From positions 320,001 to 384,000 of the forward strand of contig CAVUDP010000002.1 in the NCBI GenBank assembly GCA_963740315.1: a DNA stretch of 64,000 nucleotides. Direction: 5' to 3'. The DNA comes from an uncultured cyanobacterium (GTDB taxonomy: Bacteria; Cyanobacteriota; Cyanobacteriia; Cyanobacteriales; Nostocaceae). The number at the start of each line of letters is the position of its first letter. Positions within the stretch are counted from its first letter, which is position 1. The translations under genes and the position numbers were made by a program. Shown piece by piece: positions 20,653 to 30,889 of this stretch. A model generated the notes under the pieces. That model worked only from the letters and a program-made list of their open reading frames with translations. It was not told the DNA's origin and searched no databases.

Positions 20653-20976
20653 TCAACGACCTTTATTCATTTTGGTATAAGTCTTGTTTGTTCCAACGAG
20701 ACTCCCAATCATATATCCACCTAATCCCCATAAAACAGGAAGTACCCAACTATCGGAACTTTGTCGATCGGAGTTAGGTACATCAACTTCTTTTCGACTC
20801 GAATCAGCCCTTTGGGGCACTTCTTCTTCGACAATAATTGGTTCTTCATTAAAAGTCTGTGCGATCGATTGCCCTGGTAAATCATTATCAATAGCACTCG
20901 CCGGTTTTACAACTACACCAGAAAATATCGCTAGACAAGCAGTTGTAAATACTAGTTTGTGAGTCATCCTCATCAT
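20653..20976 (-). CDS. Small secreted protein with C-terminal membrane anchor
   Basis: Signal-like N-terminus, acidic linker, Gly-rich TM plus basic tail; start uncertain. Confidence 0.55.
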   Translation of the reverse strand: MMRMTHKLVFTTACLAIFSGVVVKPASAIDNDLPGQSIAQTFNEEPIIVEEEVPQRADSSRKEVDVPNSDRQSSDSWVLPVLWGLGGYMIGSLVGTNKTYTKMNKGR

Positions 20977-21676
20977 AATGCGTAACCTTTTTGAATTTAG
21001 TAGATATTCAGGCATATGATGATAATTCCTCACTCTAAGCTGGAAATTAGTAGAGAGAGGAATAGTCTTTATATACCTAAAGTTTGGCTAGCAATAGCAG
21101 TTAGCTTCTGTTAGTTGTACTAGTTTTTACCGTGTAAAATCAACTAGCCTATGTTACAATTAACAATTTGTCTATTAAACCACTTTTGCCATTAGTGTTA
21201 GTTATCATACAGCATTATTGGTGTTTAAACCGATAAAATAAAAAGTTTATTTTCTCTGGTCAAAGTTTAATACTGCTCTCGTAGTTTACATCTCACGATC
21301 CAATAGTCCTATTTTCGTAGTAAATACACAGCAATCTTGAGAAAGATATTTTGCAAAAAATCACCTTACCAATTGCGTAATTATTACACCCATTAGCAGG
21401 TAATTTTTATATCTTATCTATGCTATGAAAGGTAATTTGATTTCTGATAAAGATGCGCTTACTCGTTTTTTCGATGACAGTGAAAGTGCATAATATGTTC
21501 CCTTCTATCGATTGATTGCAAACTACTGTTTCTTCACTTAGATTGCAAAAAGAAAGCCCGCTGTATGGCGGGTTAAATCAGATATATCTAATAGCTCTTC
21601 TGGTAAAGTTATTTACAAAGAATGCGAAACAAATATGTAGAGGCGAAGTGTACGGTGCTATGTCTCTACATTTAAG

Positions 21677-22885
21677 TTAAACTACTGCTACTGCACTCTT
21701 CAATTCAAAAATCTTCTCAATTACATCTTCTACAACTTTATCCGGTGTAGAAGCGCCAGAGGTAATTCCGACAACAATTTTCCCCTCTGGCAGCCATTTC
21801 TGAGTTGTTTCGATGCTGCCATCTAGCTGGCAATGTTCGATACTATTTTCTGATAAAACTCTTTCCACGCTATCAATATGGTAAGAAGGAAGTTCTCTTT
21901 CCACCGCGATTTCCTGTAAATGAGAAGTATTTGATGAATTAAAGCCGCCAATCACTACCATAAAATCAAGTTTTTCTTCCACTAACTCCAACATTGCATC
22001 TTGTCTTTCTTGGGTAGCGTCGCAAATGGTATTGAAGCTTTGAAAATGTTGATTTAATTCGGTAGGAGGATACTTTTTCATCATGGTGCGCTCAAAAAGC
22101 TTACCAATCTGCTCGGTTTCTCCCTTAAGCATTGTAGTTTGATTGGCAATCCCAACTTTTTCTAAATCCGTATCGGGATCAAATCCTTTTGAACAAGCTT
22201 TGCTAAATTTAGCTAAAAATTCTTCTCGATCGCCGCCATGCAAAATATAATCGGCAACATATTGGGCTTCTTGCAAATTGAGAACAATCAAATATTTACC
22301 AGCAAAAGAACTAGTTGCAATGGTTTCTTCGTGTTTGTATTTGCCGTGAATGATAGAAGTACAGTCAACTTTTTTATGTTTTTCAACTGTATTCCAAACT
22401 TTAGAAACCCAAGGACAAGTTGTATCGACAATTTTACAGCTTTTATCCGACAGCACCTGCATTTCTTGTACGCTTGCGCCAAAAGCAGGTAAAATCACAA
22501 CATCTCCAGACTCGATCGCAGAAAAGTCTTTTATACCAGCTTCCACAGAAATAAAACCAACATGCATTTCTCGCAAACGTTGATTTACAGATGGGTTATG
22601 AATAATCTCATTAGTAATCCAAATCTTTTCGGTAGGGAAATGCTTGCGAGTTTCATAAGCCATCGCTACAGCACGTTCAACACCCCAACAAAAGCCAAAA
22701 GCTTCCGCCAGACGAATCGTCACATCACCGCGAGTTAAAGTGTAATTATTATCTCGAATCTCCTGAATTAAGCTGCTTTGATATTCCGAATGTAGCTGAG
22801 TTGCCACTTCTTCTTGATGTCCAAATCCCCGACGATGGTAATTTTCCGAATGTTGTAATGAGCGTTTAAAAGCTTTTGTATCCAT
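21677..22885 (-). CDS. ispH: 4-hydroxy-3-methylbut-2-enyl diphosphate reductase
   Basis: [41 protein letters not shown]. Confidence 0.97.
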   Translation of the reverse strand: MDTKAFKRSLQHSENYHRRGFGHQEEVATQLHSEYQSSLIQEIRDNNYTLTRGDVTIRLAEAFGFCWGVERAVAMAYETRKHFPTEKIWITNEIIHNPSVNQRLREMHVGFISVEAGIKDFSAIESGDVVILPAFGASVQEMQVLSDKSCKIVDTTCPWVSKVWNTVEKHKKVDCTSIIHGKYKHEETIATSSFAGKYLIVLNLQEAQYVADYILHGGDREEFLAKFSKACSKGFDPDTDLEKVGIANQTTMLKGETEQIGKLFERTMMKKYPPTELNQHFQSFNTICDATQERQDAMLELVEEKLDFMVVIGGFNSSNTSHLQEIAVERELPSYHIDSVERVLSENSIEHCQLDGSIETTQKWLPEGKIVVGITSGASTPDKVVEDVIEKIFELKSAVAVV

Positions 22886-22889
22886 AATA

Positions 22890-23030
22890 TTAGTTGTTAA
22901 TTGTTAGTTGTTAGTTGTTAGTTGTTATTAGAAGAACTATCAACTATTCACTGGTAACTGGTAACTGGTAACTGTTCACTGTTCACTGTTCACTGTTCAC
23001 TGTTCACTGTTCACTGTTCACTGCTCACTG
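22890..23030. repeat. STRR heptamer tracts (TTGTTAG)n, (TAACTGG)n, (TCACTGT)n
   Basis: Tandem heptamers; the last tract overlaps the stop of the GDSL gene. Confidence 0.85.
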
Positions 23031-23836
23031 TTCATTGTTAACTGTAAAGCAGAACTCCAGACTAAATAACCATTTGGATTAAGGTGCAATCCATCAGTCG
23101 TAAAGTTTGAGCGGAGATTTCCTTGTTTATCGGCAAACAGAGGATATAGATTTAAATATTTTACGTCTTCTTTTGCAGCTATGGTTTGCAACTGTTGATT
23201 TAAGTTGCGAATACGACTATTAGGAATGGCTAAGAGTTTATCTTTGCCTTCCCAAGTTGCCTGTTCTCCTTGATGTGGCAGAATTGACTGAATAACTATT
23301 TGTGTTTTGGGATGCTTTTTACGCAAATAAGCCATAGTCTGCTGTTGATTCTCTAAAATTGTTTTATCGCTGACATCGGCAATAAGATCGTTGATCCCAA
23401 TCATCACAAAAATAGTTTCCGGTGTGGTTTTATCGAATAAATCTAATCTTTTTAATAAACCATCAGTTTTTTCCCCGGAAATTCCCTGGTTTAACCAAGT
23501 CTTATTAGCTGGTAATAAATCCGCAGGAAACCACAAACTTAAAGAATCACCAGCCATTATAGTTAAATCGCGGGGCTTATTTTGAGCTGCGACTTCAGCT
23601 TCCTGTTTAAGAATATTCAGCCACTTTTGATAGTCGAATTTATGACGTTTACCCAGTTGAGGTGCAACGACTTGAGCTTGAGTATTCTTCGATTCCGCAG
23701 TTGGAGAAACCGCAGTACCCCAAACGGTAAAACCCTGCTGTTTGCCAATCAGCAAGATTACCGCTAATAAAAGTATGACGTTACTTAATAAAGAGAAAAA
23801 TGCCCAAGCAGGAAAAGTTTTAGCTGAACTAGACAC
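23018..23836 (-). CDS. SGNH/GDSL hydrolase
   Basis: GDSL, NQGISG, GIND, DGLHLN blocks; N-terminal TM. Confidence 0.92.
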   Translation of the reverse strand: MSSSAKTFPAWAFFSLLSNVILLLAVILLIGKQQGFTVWGTAVSPTAESKNTQAQVVAPQLGKRHKFDYQKWLNILKQEAEVAAQNKPRDLTIMAGDSLSLWFPADLLPANKTWLNQGISGEKTDGLLKRLDLFDKTTPETIFVMIGINDLIADVSDKTILENQQQTMAYLRKKHPKTQIVIQSILPHQGEQATWEGKDKLLAIPNSRIRNLNQQLQTIAAKEDVKYLNLYPLFADKQGNLRSNFTTDGLHLNPNGYLVWSSALQLTMNSEQ

Positions 23837-24042
23837 GGGTAGCGAGATAAATCATTTGGATATGATTCTAGTCTACTAACAGCTTGATGGGGAATTAGTA
23901 GTGGGGAAATCGGGAGATGGGGAGAGGGGGTAGAGGGGGAAGAGGGGGAAGAGGGGGAGATGGGGGGAAGGAGTTATTACTTACACCTTTAACCTTTAAC
24001 CTTTAACCTTTGACCTTTTTCCCAATTCCCAATTCCCTAATA

Positions 24043-25401
24043 TTACTTTTTGTTTACTTTGTCTGTATATTCCGAGTTATAGGCTTCTTCGCCGTGTTCG
24101 CTGATGTCCATTCCTTGTAATTCGGCGTTTTCATGGACTCGCAATCCAATGGTGGTATCGACTACTTTCAAAATAATCCAGGTGCCAAATCCGGCGATAA
24201 AGTAGGTAACTGCGATCGCGGCAAGTTCTAATAGTAATTCGTCGGGATTGCCTTCGAGTAAACCGTTTTTCGCTCCTGGATTTACTGCCCTGGTGGCAAA
24301 TATACCTGTCAAAATCGCGCCGACGGTACCGCCGACTCCATGTATGGGATAGGTATCTAAGGCATCGTCAATCTGCATTTTATGTTTGATGCTGACGGCG
24401 TAGAAGCAAACAAAAGTGGTGATACTACCAATTAAGATTGCTGCTAATGGTGTCACGAATCCGGCTGCTGGAGTAATACCTACTAAGCCTGCGACGCTTC
24501 CTGTCGCTACTCCTATTGCTGTGGGTTTACCGCGCAATACTCTTTCTAAAATTAACCAAGTCAAAGCCCCTGCGGCTGCACTGGTATTAGTATTAACAAA
24601 GGCAACGACTGCTAAATTATTGGCTTCTAAAGCACTTCCGGCATTAAAACCAAACCAGCCAAACCACAGTAAGCCAGCACCTAATAAAACAAAAGGTACG
24701 TTGTGCGGTGGACTTAATCTATTGGGAAAGGTGTTTCGAGGTTTAAGGTACATCGCTGCCACAAAAGCAGATACCCCCGAACTAATGTGTACAACCGTAC
24801 CGCCAGCAAAATCCAACGCACCCCAACCACCGGATAAACTTAATAATCCGCCTATACCCCAAACCATATGCGCGATCGGGGAATAAACAAAGATTGACCA
24901 CAAAACCAAAAATACTGAGTATCCCGTAAAACTCATACGTTCTGCGATCGCGCCGGAAATCAGCGCTGGGGCGATAATAGCAAACATTCCTTGATAAGCC
25001 ATGAATGCCAAGTGGGGAATTTGTGGTGCATATTCGCTCGGTTGAAAACCAACGTTATTTAAACCCAACCACTGCAAGCCGCCAAAGAATGCGTTTCCGG
25101 GTGCAAAAGCCAAACTATAACCCCACAAAACCCAGGTAACACCGATAATAGCCATCGCAACGAAGCTCATCATCAGCGTGTTGAGGACATTGCGGGTGCG
25201 GACAAATCCACCATAGAAAAAAGCAAGCCCCGGTGTCATCAGCAACACCAACGCCGCACAGATTAATACAAACGCTGTAGAAGCATTACCAACATTGGCA
25301 GCAGGTGGAAACCCCGGTGACTGTACTTGAGCAAATGCATTAGGCATTGTTCCGTTTACAAACAGCATTATAAGTACTATCAATGTAATTTTTTTCAACA
25401 C
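24043..25401 (-). CDS. amtB: Ammonium transporter (AmtB type)
   Basis: LMTPGLAFFYGG, DFAGGTVVH, WFGWFGFNAGS, DDALD..PIHG. Confidence 0.9.
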   Translation of the reverse strand: MLKKITLIVLIMLFVNGTMPNAFAQVQSPGFPPAANVGNASTAFVLICAALVLLMTPGLAFFYGGFVRTRNVLNTLMMSFVAMAIIGVTWVLWGYSLAFAPGNAFFGGLQWLGLNNVGFQPSEYAPQIPHLAFMAYQGMFAIIAPALISGAIAERMSFTGYSVFLVLWSIFVYSPIAHMVWGIGGLLSLSGGWGALDFAGGTVVHISSGVSAFVAAMYLKPRNTFPNRLSPPHNVPFVLLGAGLLWFGWFGFNAGSALEANNLAVVAFVNTNTSAAAGALTWLILERVLRGKPTAIGVATGSVAGLVGITPAAGFVTPLAAILIGSITTFVCFYAVSIKHKMQIDDALDTYPIHGVGGTVGAILTGIFATRAVNPGAKNGLLEGNPDELLLELAAIAVTYFIAGFGTWIILKVVDTTIGLRVHENAELQGMDISEHGEEAYNSEYTDKVNKK

Positions 25402-25720
25402 TTTTTATTTCCTTGGGCGCTGACTATTACTTCTTGACGATCGGATTTGAAGAGTAATTTAAATTGAAAAATATTGTTGCAGAGAATATTAAGTAGAAAA
25501 CATTTGAATCTCAAATATTTGAGGCAATTTTTAGCTGTATATTTGAAATAAAATTACCAAAAATCATCTAAATGTAACCCCGATTTTAGTTGTGAAGAAA
25601 AAAACAAGATGTGGGTTTTAAGCTTTTGAAAAAACGGGTTTTGTTTGAAGCGTACAATATACAGCGGTTTTCATCCAATTGAGGTACACATCATAAATGT
25701 AATTCAGTAGCGATTTTACT

Positions 25721-25926
25721 TAGAGGATGTTTAAAAAGTAAAGTTTTTAGCACAATTTTCGGATTATCCCCCCTTCCCACGCCACTTGCTACAATGCGGG
25801 AAACCCGCGCAACGCAGTGGCTCCCCTTATAAAAGGGGGGGGGTAAAGTCCCCCTAATACAGCAGGGGATAATGGAGGATCTAAAAAGTTTCGAGTTTGA
25901 TTTATGACTTCCCCGCGCATCCTCTT
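25721..25926. mobile_element. MITE-like element with nested palindromes
   Basis: Imperfect terminal IRs AGAGGATG...AAGT / ACTT...CATCCTCT; internal CCCCC..GGGGG hairpin interrupted by GCCACT...AGTGGC palindrome. Confidence 0.55.
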
Positions 25927-25989
25927 AGATAACAGTGAGTTTGCTACTGAATTTGATATTATTAAATAATCAGATAATTTTAATAAACC

Positions 25990-26382
25990 ATGACACCAGA
26001 AGAGATTCAAAACACTATAGAACAGATGTTGGGCGTTCAAAGACAGATACAGGAAAGTCAAATCCGAAATACAGACAACATCGCCAGATTGGAGAGTTAC
26101 ATTCAAGAAAATGGCAGGTATATTCGAGAAAATACAGATTTAATTAGAAACAACCGAGAAGATATCAGTAGCTTGAAAGAAGATGTCGTCAGTTTGAAAG
26201 ACGATATCAGAAATTTGGTTACAGAAGTAGCTAAATTAACAGTAGATCAAAGAGAGAAATTTAATCAGTTTTATGGTTATCACCAATCTGCTGATTCTGA
26301 GCGTTTAACTATGACCGAAAGATTAATTAGGGTAGAACAAGAAGTAGTTGAAATCAAACGTCAATTAAGAGAAGGTTCTTAA
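25990..26382 (+). CDS. Coiled-coil hypothetical protein
   Basis: 130-aa ORF with heptad periodicity. Confidence 0.75.
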   Translation: MTPEEIQNTIEQMLGVQRQIQESQIRNTDNIARLESYIQENGRYIRENTDLIRNNREDISSLKEDVVSLKDDIRNLVTEVAKLTVDQREKFNQFYGYHQSADSERLTMTERLIRVEQEVVEIKRQLREGS

Positions 26383-26406
26383 TATTATTAATCTTGTTTA
26401 TTATCA

Positions 26407-26580
26407 CTATTCCTCGTTCCCTTTACTAACCAATTGACCGGGAACAAGTCTTTGAGTCCCTTCAGTAACTATTGTGTCTCCCGCTTGAATTGTCCCTCTA
26501 ATTAAAACCTTTTCCCGTTGATTTCTAATACTTCTAATAATTTGCGTTCTATTTGATAAGATTTATTATTTGTTTTAAGT
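26407..26580 (-). pseudogene. 3' remnant of an efflux periplasmic adaptor (HlyD/MFP) gene
   Basis: Reads YQIERKLLEVLEING, frameshift, EKVLIRGTIQAGDTIVTEGTQRLVPGQLVSKGNEE*; no 5' part. Confidence 0.6.
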
Positions 26581-26768
26581 TCGTTATGAAAATTATCGGA
26601 TTGACTGGTGTGAAGAAGCGATCGCGCTATTAGATAGCGAAAATAATTGCTCAGACAATCCGTTATTTAGATGAGAAGATAAGGAATAGTAGGGAGTAGA
26701 GGAATGTACTTCCTGTAATTTGCCTTCCTGCTGTATGTTGATGTTGTTTCAACGAGATAAAACGAAGT

Positions 26769-26897
26769 AAGTAGTCGTGCAAAATTAACTTAACATTCTA
26801 AAAGCTTCAAGTTCTTGGGATTGCTTCGTTCCTTTCCCTAAGAGGGAACACTGCGTGAACGCAATGACAATATACAATTAATTTTGCCTAAGTACTT
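26769..26897. mobile_element. MITE-like element
   Basis: Imperfect 20-bp TIRs AAGTAGTCGTGCAAAATTAA / TTAATTTTGCCTAAGTACTT with an internal nested hairpin repeat. Confidence 0.55.
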
Positions 26898-26940
26898 ATA
26901 AAATCTTCTCCCCATCCCCCCATCCCCTTCTACCTAAAGC

Positions 26941-28566
26941 GTGATGTTACAAAGTTTTATCCTAATCCTACTTCTCGGCTTTTTTTGCGGAGAGATTGCC
27001 CGACGACTGAAAGCTCCTGCACTGGTAGGAATGGTTTTGGCAGGAATTATCCTCGGTAATCAAGTTGCTGACTTGATAGATGCCTCGGTACTTGCAGCGT
27101 CTGGGGCTTTGCGAACGATCGCGGTAATGGTAATTTTGATGAAGGCTGGGTTGGGTTTAGATCGGGAAAAACTGGTACAGCAGGGAACCGTGGCGCTACG
27201 GTTGGGCTTTCTACCTGCGGCTTGCGAAGCTTTAGTTATTGCTTTGGCTGCCATGTGGATTTTAAAGTTTGATTTTCCTACGGGATTATTATTGGGCTGT
27301 ATTATTGGAGCGGAATCGCCTGCGGTGATCGTACCGGGAATGCTGCGGCTAAAAAGTTTGGGTTGGGGGGTTGCGAAAGGAATTCCCGATGCCATACTTA
27401 CGGGTAGCGCTCTGTCAGATGTATTGCTGCTGCTAGTGTTTAGTTTGTTGCTCAACTTTTTGACAAGTGGAACAACCGGGATAACATTACTTGGTTTAAC
27501 TTTAAATGCGTTTCAACTGCTTCCCATTCAGATTATTTGCCAAATTCTTTTAGGAATAGTATTAGGTTTAGTAACAGCAAAACTCTTGGTTTTATTACTA
27601 ACGAAGCAGAAGTGGACTCAAAACACGGTACAAGACACTTTAGTTGCGGCGAGTTTAGCGTTGTTTTTGGTAGTGTTAGCAGAGAAATTACCTTTTTTCT
27701 CCGGCTATTTAGCGGTAATGACAACGGGGTTTTTCTTAATTGAATTAGATGCTCCTTTAGCGCGTCGATTGCGATCTGGGTTTGATAGTTTATGGGTAGT
27801 AGCATCGATTATTTTATTTGTCTTATTAGGGGCAAGTATTCAAATACAAGTGTTAGAAAAAACCCTGGTACCGGGATTAATAATTCTGGTAATTGGAACC
27901 TCGATCGGAAGGGCTTGCGGATGGTATTTATCTACATTAGGAAGTAATTGGAAATGGCGAGAACGGTTATTTTTATTACCTGGTAACTCCGCAAAAGCCA
28001 CCGTTCAAGCAGCAATCGGAGCGATCCCCCTGGCACAAGGAATTGAGGGTGGAGAGACAATCTTGGCGATCGCTGCTTTATCTATCTTGGTGACTGCACC
28101 TTTGGGAGCTTGGGCAATTCCGACTTTTGCACCAAAATTGCTAGAGCGCGGCGAGGTAGATCCGACAAAAGTGGCGATAAGCGATCGTATTGTGATCTTA
28201 GCTGCCGTTGATACCTCTGCTGTAGCCGATCGAGTATTAACTAAAGCCGCCGATATTGCCCGCCGTAGTGATGGTGAGGCGATCGTACTGCACGTCATCC
28301 ACACAAGCGATCCCCAAGAAATAGAGCTTCTACAAAAAAAATCTCAACGACTTTTAGCAGACATTCGCCATAAATTCATTACCGTTACAGGTTTAATTCC
28401 AGAAGAAATTATTCGTACCGCTCAAGAGTATCGAGTTACCGATATTGTCATAGGCAAACGCGGGCATCAGCCTGGGAATAAGGTTTTGCTCGGTTCTGTC
28501 TCTGTGGCAGTATTGGAATCTAGCCCAATTCCCGTGATTTTAATTGAAGGTAATTGTGTGGGTTAA
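26941..28566 (+). CDS. Cation:proton antiporter fused to a universal stress protein domain
   Basis: Multi-TM N-terminus with SPAVIVP and KATVQAAIG; USP motifs ILAAVD and IVIGKRG...LLGSVS. Confidence 0.88.
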   Translation: MMLQSFILILLLGFFCGEIARRLKAPALVGMVLAGIILGNQVADLIDASVLAASGALRTIAVMVILMKAGLGLDREKLVQQGTVALRLGFLPAACEALVIALAAMWILKFDFPTGLLLGCIIGAESPAVIVPGMLRLKSLGWGVAKGIPDAILTGSALSDVLLLLVFSLLLNFLTSGTTGITLLGLTLNAFQLLPIQIICQILLGIVLGLVTAKLLVLLLTKQKWTQNTVQDTLVAASLALFLVVLAEKLPFFSGYLAVMTTGFFLIELDAPLARRLRSGFDSLWVVASIILFVLLGASIQIQVLEKTLVPGLIILVIGTSIGRACGWYLSTLGSNWKWRERLFLLPGNSAKATVQAAIGAIPLAQGIEGGETILAIAALSILVTAPLGAWAIPTFAPKLLERGEVDPTKVAISDRIVILAAVDTSAVADRVLTKAADIARRSDGEAIVLHVIHTSDPQEIELLQKKSQRLLADIRHKFITVTGLIPEEIIRTAQEYRVTDIVIGKRGHQPGNKVLLGSVSVAVLESSPIPVILIEGNCVG

Positions 28567-28585
28567 TAATTTAATGAATTCATGA

Positions 28586-28742
28586 TAGACATCTGCGGGA
28601 AAACATTTATATGGTTTCCTTCTTTACATAAAAACCTAACCCCCCTACCCCCCTTCCCTCGTAGGGAAGGGGGAAAATGAAGCCTCTCTCCTTGCAGGAG
28701 AGAGGTTTGGAGAGAGGTCATTTTAATTTCCGGAGATGTCTA
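28586..28742. mobile_element. MITE-like element between convergent genes
   Basis: TIRs TAGACATCT.CGG.AAA / TTTCCGGAGATGTCTA; internal CCCCTTCCC..GGGAAGGGG and CCTCTCTCC..GGAGAGAGG hairpins. Confidence 0.65.
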
Positions 28743-28744
28743 AT

Positions 28745-29341
28745 TTAAACACGACAAACTCCAATATTCTTACCATTTAAAGAACCTTTCATCCCAATTA
28801 CAACAGATTGAACTCGTTGTTTTGGGGTTCCGTGATGGTGTTCGTGATGCCAAGCATAATCGCCAATTCGATAAGCAAACGTAGCAATTTCACGAATATC
28901 TTGGTTATCAAGAGTGATATTCGGAATCAAACCTAAGTAAACTCCAGCCAAACAATCGGCTTGCAATTCCGTAATCTGAGTAGCACCAGGTATAAATCCG
29001 TGAATAGTTTGCATAGCATGAGCATATTCATGAGCAACAATATAAGCTAAAGCTGCATCACCATGCTGGTAAGCCATGCGAATATCTCTGTTGGTAATAT
29101 AAACGGTGTGATTTAATTTGCAATAATGGCTACCATAAATACGTCCGCAAACATTGCGATCGCCTAAACGAACATTCCATATCAATCTCGGTGTTGCTTT
29201 ATAACCGTGGATATGTTGAATACCTTCGTAAACTCCATCTACAACGGTTTGTGGCGACCATTCTCTTGCATGAACGGGAAAACTGGTAACAACGTATCCA
29301 ATACTAATAATAGATGTAGTTAATGCTTTTAATATGTTCAT
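28745..29341 (-). CDS. Neutral zinc metallopeptidase (YpfJ-like)
   Basis: AHEYAH, ELQADCLAG, HGTPKQR; signal peptide. Confidence 0.85.
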   Translation of the reverse strand: MNILKALTTSIISIGYVVTSFPVHAREWSPQTVVDGVYEGIQHIHGYKATPRLIWNVRLGDRNVCGRIYGSHYCKLNHTVYITNRDIRMAYQHGDAALAYIVAHEYAHAMQTIHGFIPGATQITELQADCLAGVYLGLIPNITLDNQDIREIATFAYRIGDYAWHHEHHHGTPKQRVQSVVIGMKGSLNGKNIGVCRV

Positions 29342-29550
29342 TTAGCTGAAACCGATATATATATGTTTATTCCATAAATCGCGATGGCATAAGGATATTT
29401 CGGAATAATTGGTCAATTAATAGGGAGTAGGGAATAGGGAGTAGGGAATGGGGAATATAAATAATTTTGAGAGCGGTACTTATCTCTAGACTGTCCAATT
29501 TTTATTTAATTAAATGATTTATTAGTATTCCCTATTCCCTATTTCCAAAA

Positions 29551-30207
29551 TTATTTTATCCCTTCAAAAGGTCCCAAATAAGTTGGTTGAGGGCGAGTAA
29601 TATTAACTTGCCATAATGCTTTAATCGTAGAAAGATATTCACGAAAGCTATAGCGCATTACGGTTTCTTGGCGATAACTTTCCCAATCTGGAGTACCTAA
29701 ACCGTAAGTATCTACACCTAATTGACTGCAAAGATAAACCGCACGGGGTAAATGAAAATTTTGAGTAACTACAACCGCTTGCTTGACTCCAAAAATTTCT
29801 TTTGCGCGATAGCAACTTTCATAAGTTTTGAAACCAGCATGATCCAAGGTAATATCTTTTTGGGGTACGCCTAATTTCACCGCGTAACGCTGCATGGCGG
29901 TTACTTCATCGTAGTCTTCACTGCTGTTGTCACCACTCATTAACAGCTTTTTTACTCGTCCGAGTTTATAAAGTTCCACCGCAGCGGATATTCTGTCTGC
30001 TAACATCGGAGACGGTTGCCCGTTATAGATCCCAGCACCTAAAACAATCGCAACACGTTGGGAAGGAATTTGATTGGGATTATTATAGCGGCGACTGCTA
30101 GTAACTATTTTTACGTATAAATTTGTTGCTAAAGTGGTTGCAACTGCACTCAGAAGCAGCACTCCACATAATAAGCGCCAGTGCTGCAAAAACCATTTAG
30201 GTAACAT
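29551..30207 (-). CDS. SanA/ElyC/YdcF (DUF218) family protein
   Basis: AIVLGAG, LLMSGDN, DHAGFKTYES, TQNFHLPRA. Confidence 0.9.
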   Translation of the reverse strand: MLPKWFLQHWRLLCGVLLLSAVATTLATNLYVKIVTSSRRYNNPNQIPSQRVAIVLGAGIYNGQPSPMLADRISAAVELYKLGRVKKLLMSGDNSSEDYDEVTAMQRYAVKLGVPQKDITLDHAGFKTYESCYRAKEIFGVKQAVVVTQNFHLPRAVYLCSQLGVDTYGLGTPDWESYRQETVMRYSFREYLSTIKALWQVNITRPQPTYLGPFEGIK

Positions 30208-30380
30208 TTATCTTGTGTGTTGTGAGGGCTATTCTGTTTTAGCAGACGCAGTTTAAATAATCGTGTTTCTGGGGATGCATTTTTGAAAAGCCGATCTTTA
30301 CAATGCTTCCGTGCCTATTATAGAAGGCAGGTCGAATTATTACTTGATATAAAGTAATAAAACTTAATTAAAGTTCAAGA

Positions 30381-30884
30381 TTATGTCGAAGATATTGGTA
30401 CTGTTTTGATAACATCCAATATTTCCTGAAGTGTAAAGTGAATATAGTAGAAGACTGGGGTTCCATTAATATCTATAGTCCCATAACGTCGTTCAAAACG
30501 ATAATTTGGATTATAACCACTATAGTTTGGACTGACATATGCAACCTTAATAGGAGTGCATTTTTCATCAAAAGTAATGCCCCATTTTATTTTTTGTATT
30601 AATTTACCATTTGAGTCTCTTTCTCCTAAATCATGAAATAAGTATTCGTAAAAATATGTTATATCGACTTTTTTAAAATCTTCAACTGTTATTGTTTTCG
30701 GGTAAGGAAGTTGAGTCTCATAGAAAGGAAGTCTTAATATATCCGTAAAAAATTTAGATGCTTCTTGAAAAATATATGTTTCTGCTACATCCTTTTGAAT
30801 ATTATTTTTAAACGAGATAAAAGGAATATAATTACTTTCAAAGCAAGAATTATATTGAGAAATAGTTCCAATAATGTCAGTCAT
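30381..30884 (-). CDS. Hypothetical protein, third gene of McrBC-like operon
   Basis: 167 aa, starts 5 bp after the stop of the nuclease gene; very AT-rich. Confidence 0.65.
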   Translation of the reverse strand: MTDIIGTISQYNSCFESNYIPFISFKNNIQKDVAETYIFQEASKFFTDILRLPFYETQLPYPKTITVEDFKKVDITYFYEYLFHDLGERDSNGKLIQKIKWGITFDEKCTPIKVAYVSPNYSGYNPNYRFERRYGTIDINGTPVFYYIHFTLQEILDVIKTVPISST

Positions 30885-30889
30885 AAAGT

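Noticed and set aside
25402..25720. NtcA box upstream of amtB
   Set aside because: Only GTA-N7-TAC (about 25707) found; wrong spacing
25789..26106. 105-aa minus-strand ORF
   Set aside because: Spans a MITE-like element and is antisense to 25990-26382
26600..26940. Riboswitch upstream of the cation:proton antiporter
   Set aside because: No recognisable aptamer consensus; hairpins are explained by MITE and nested repeats
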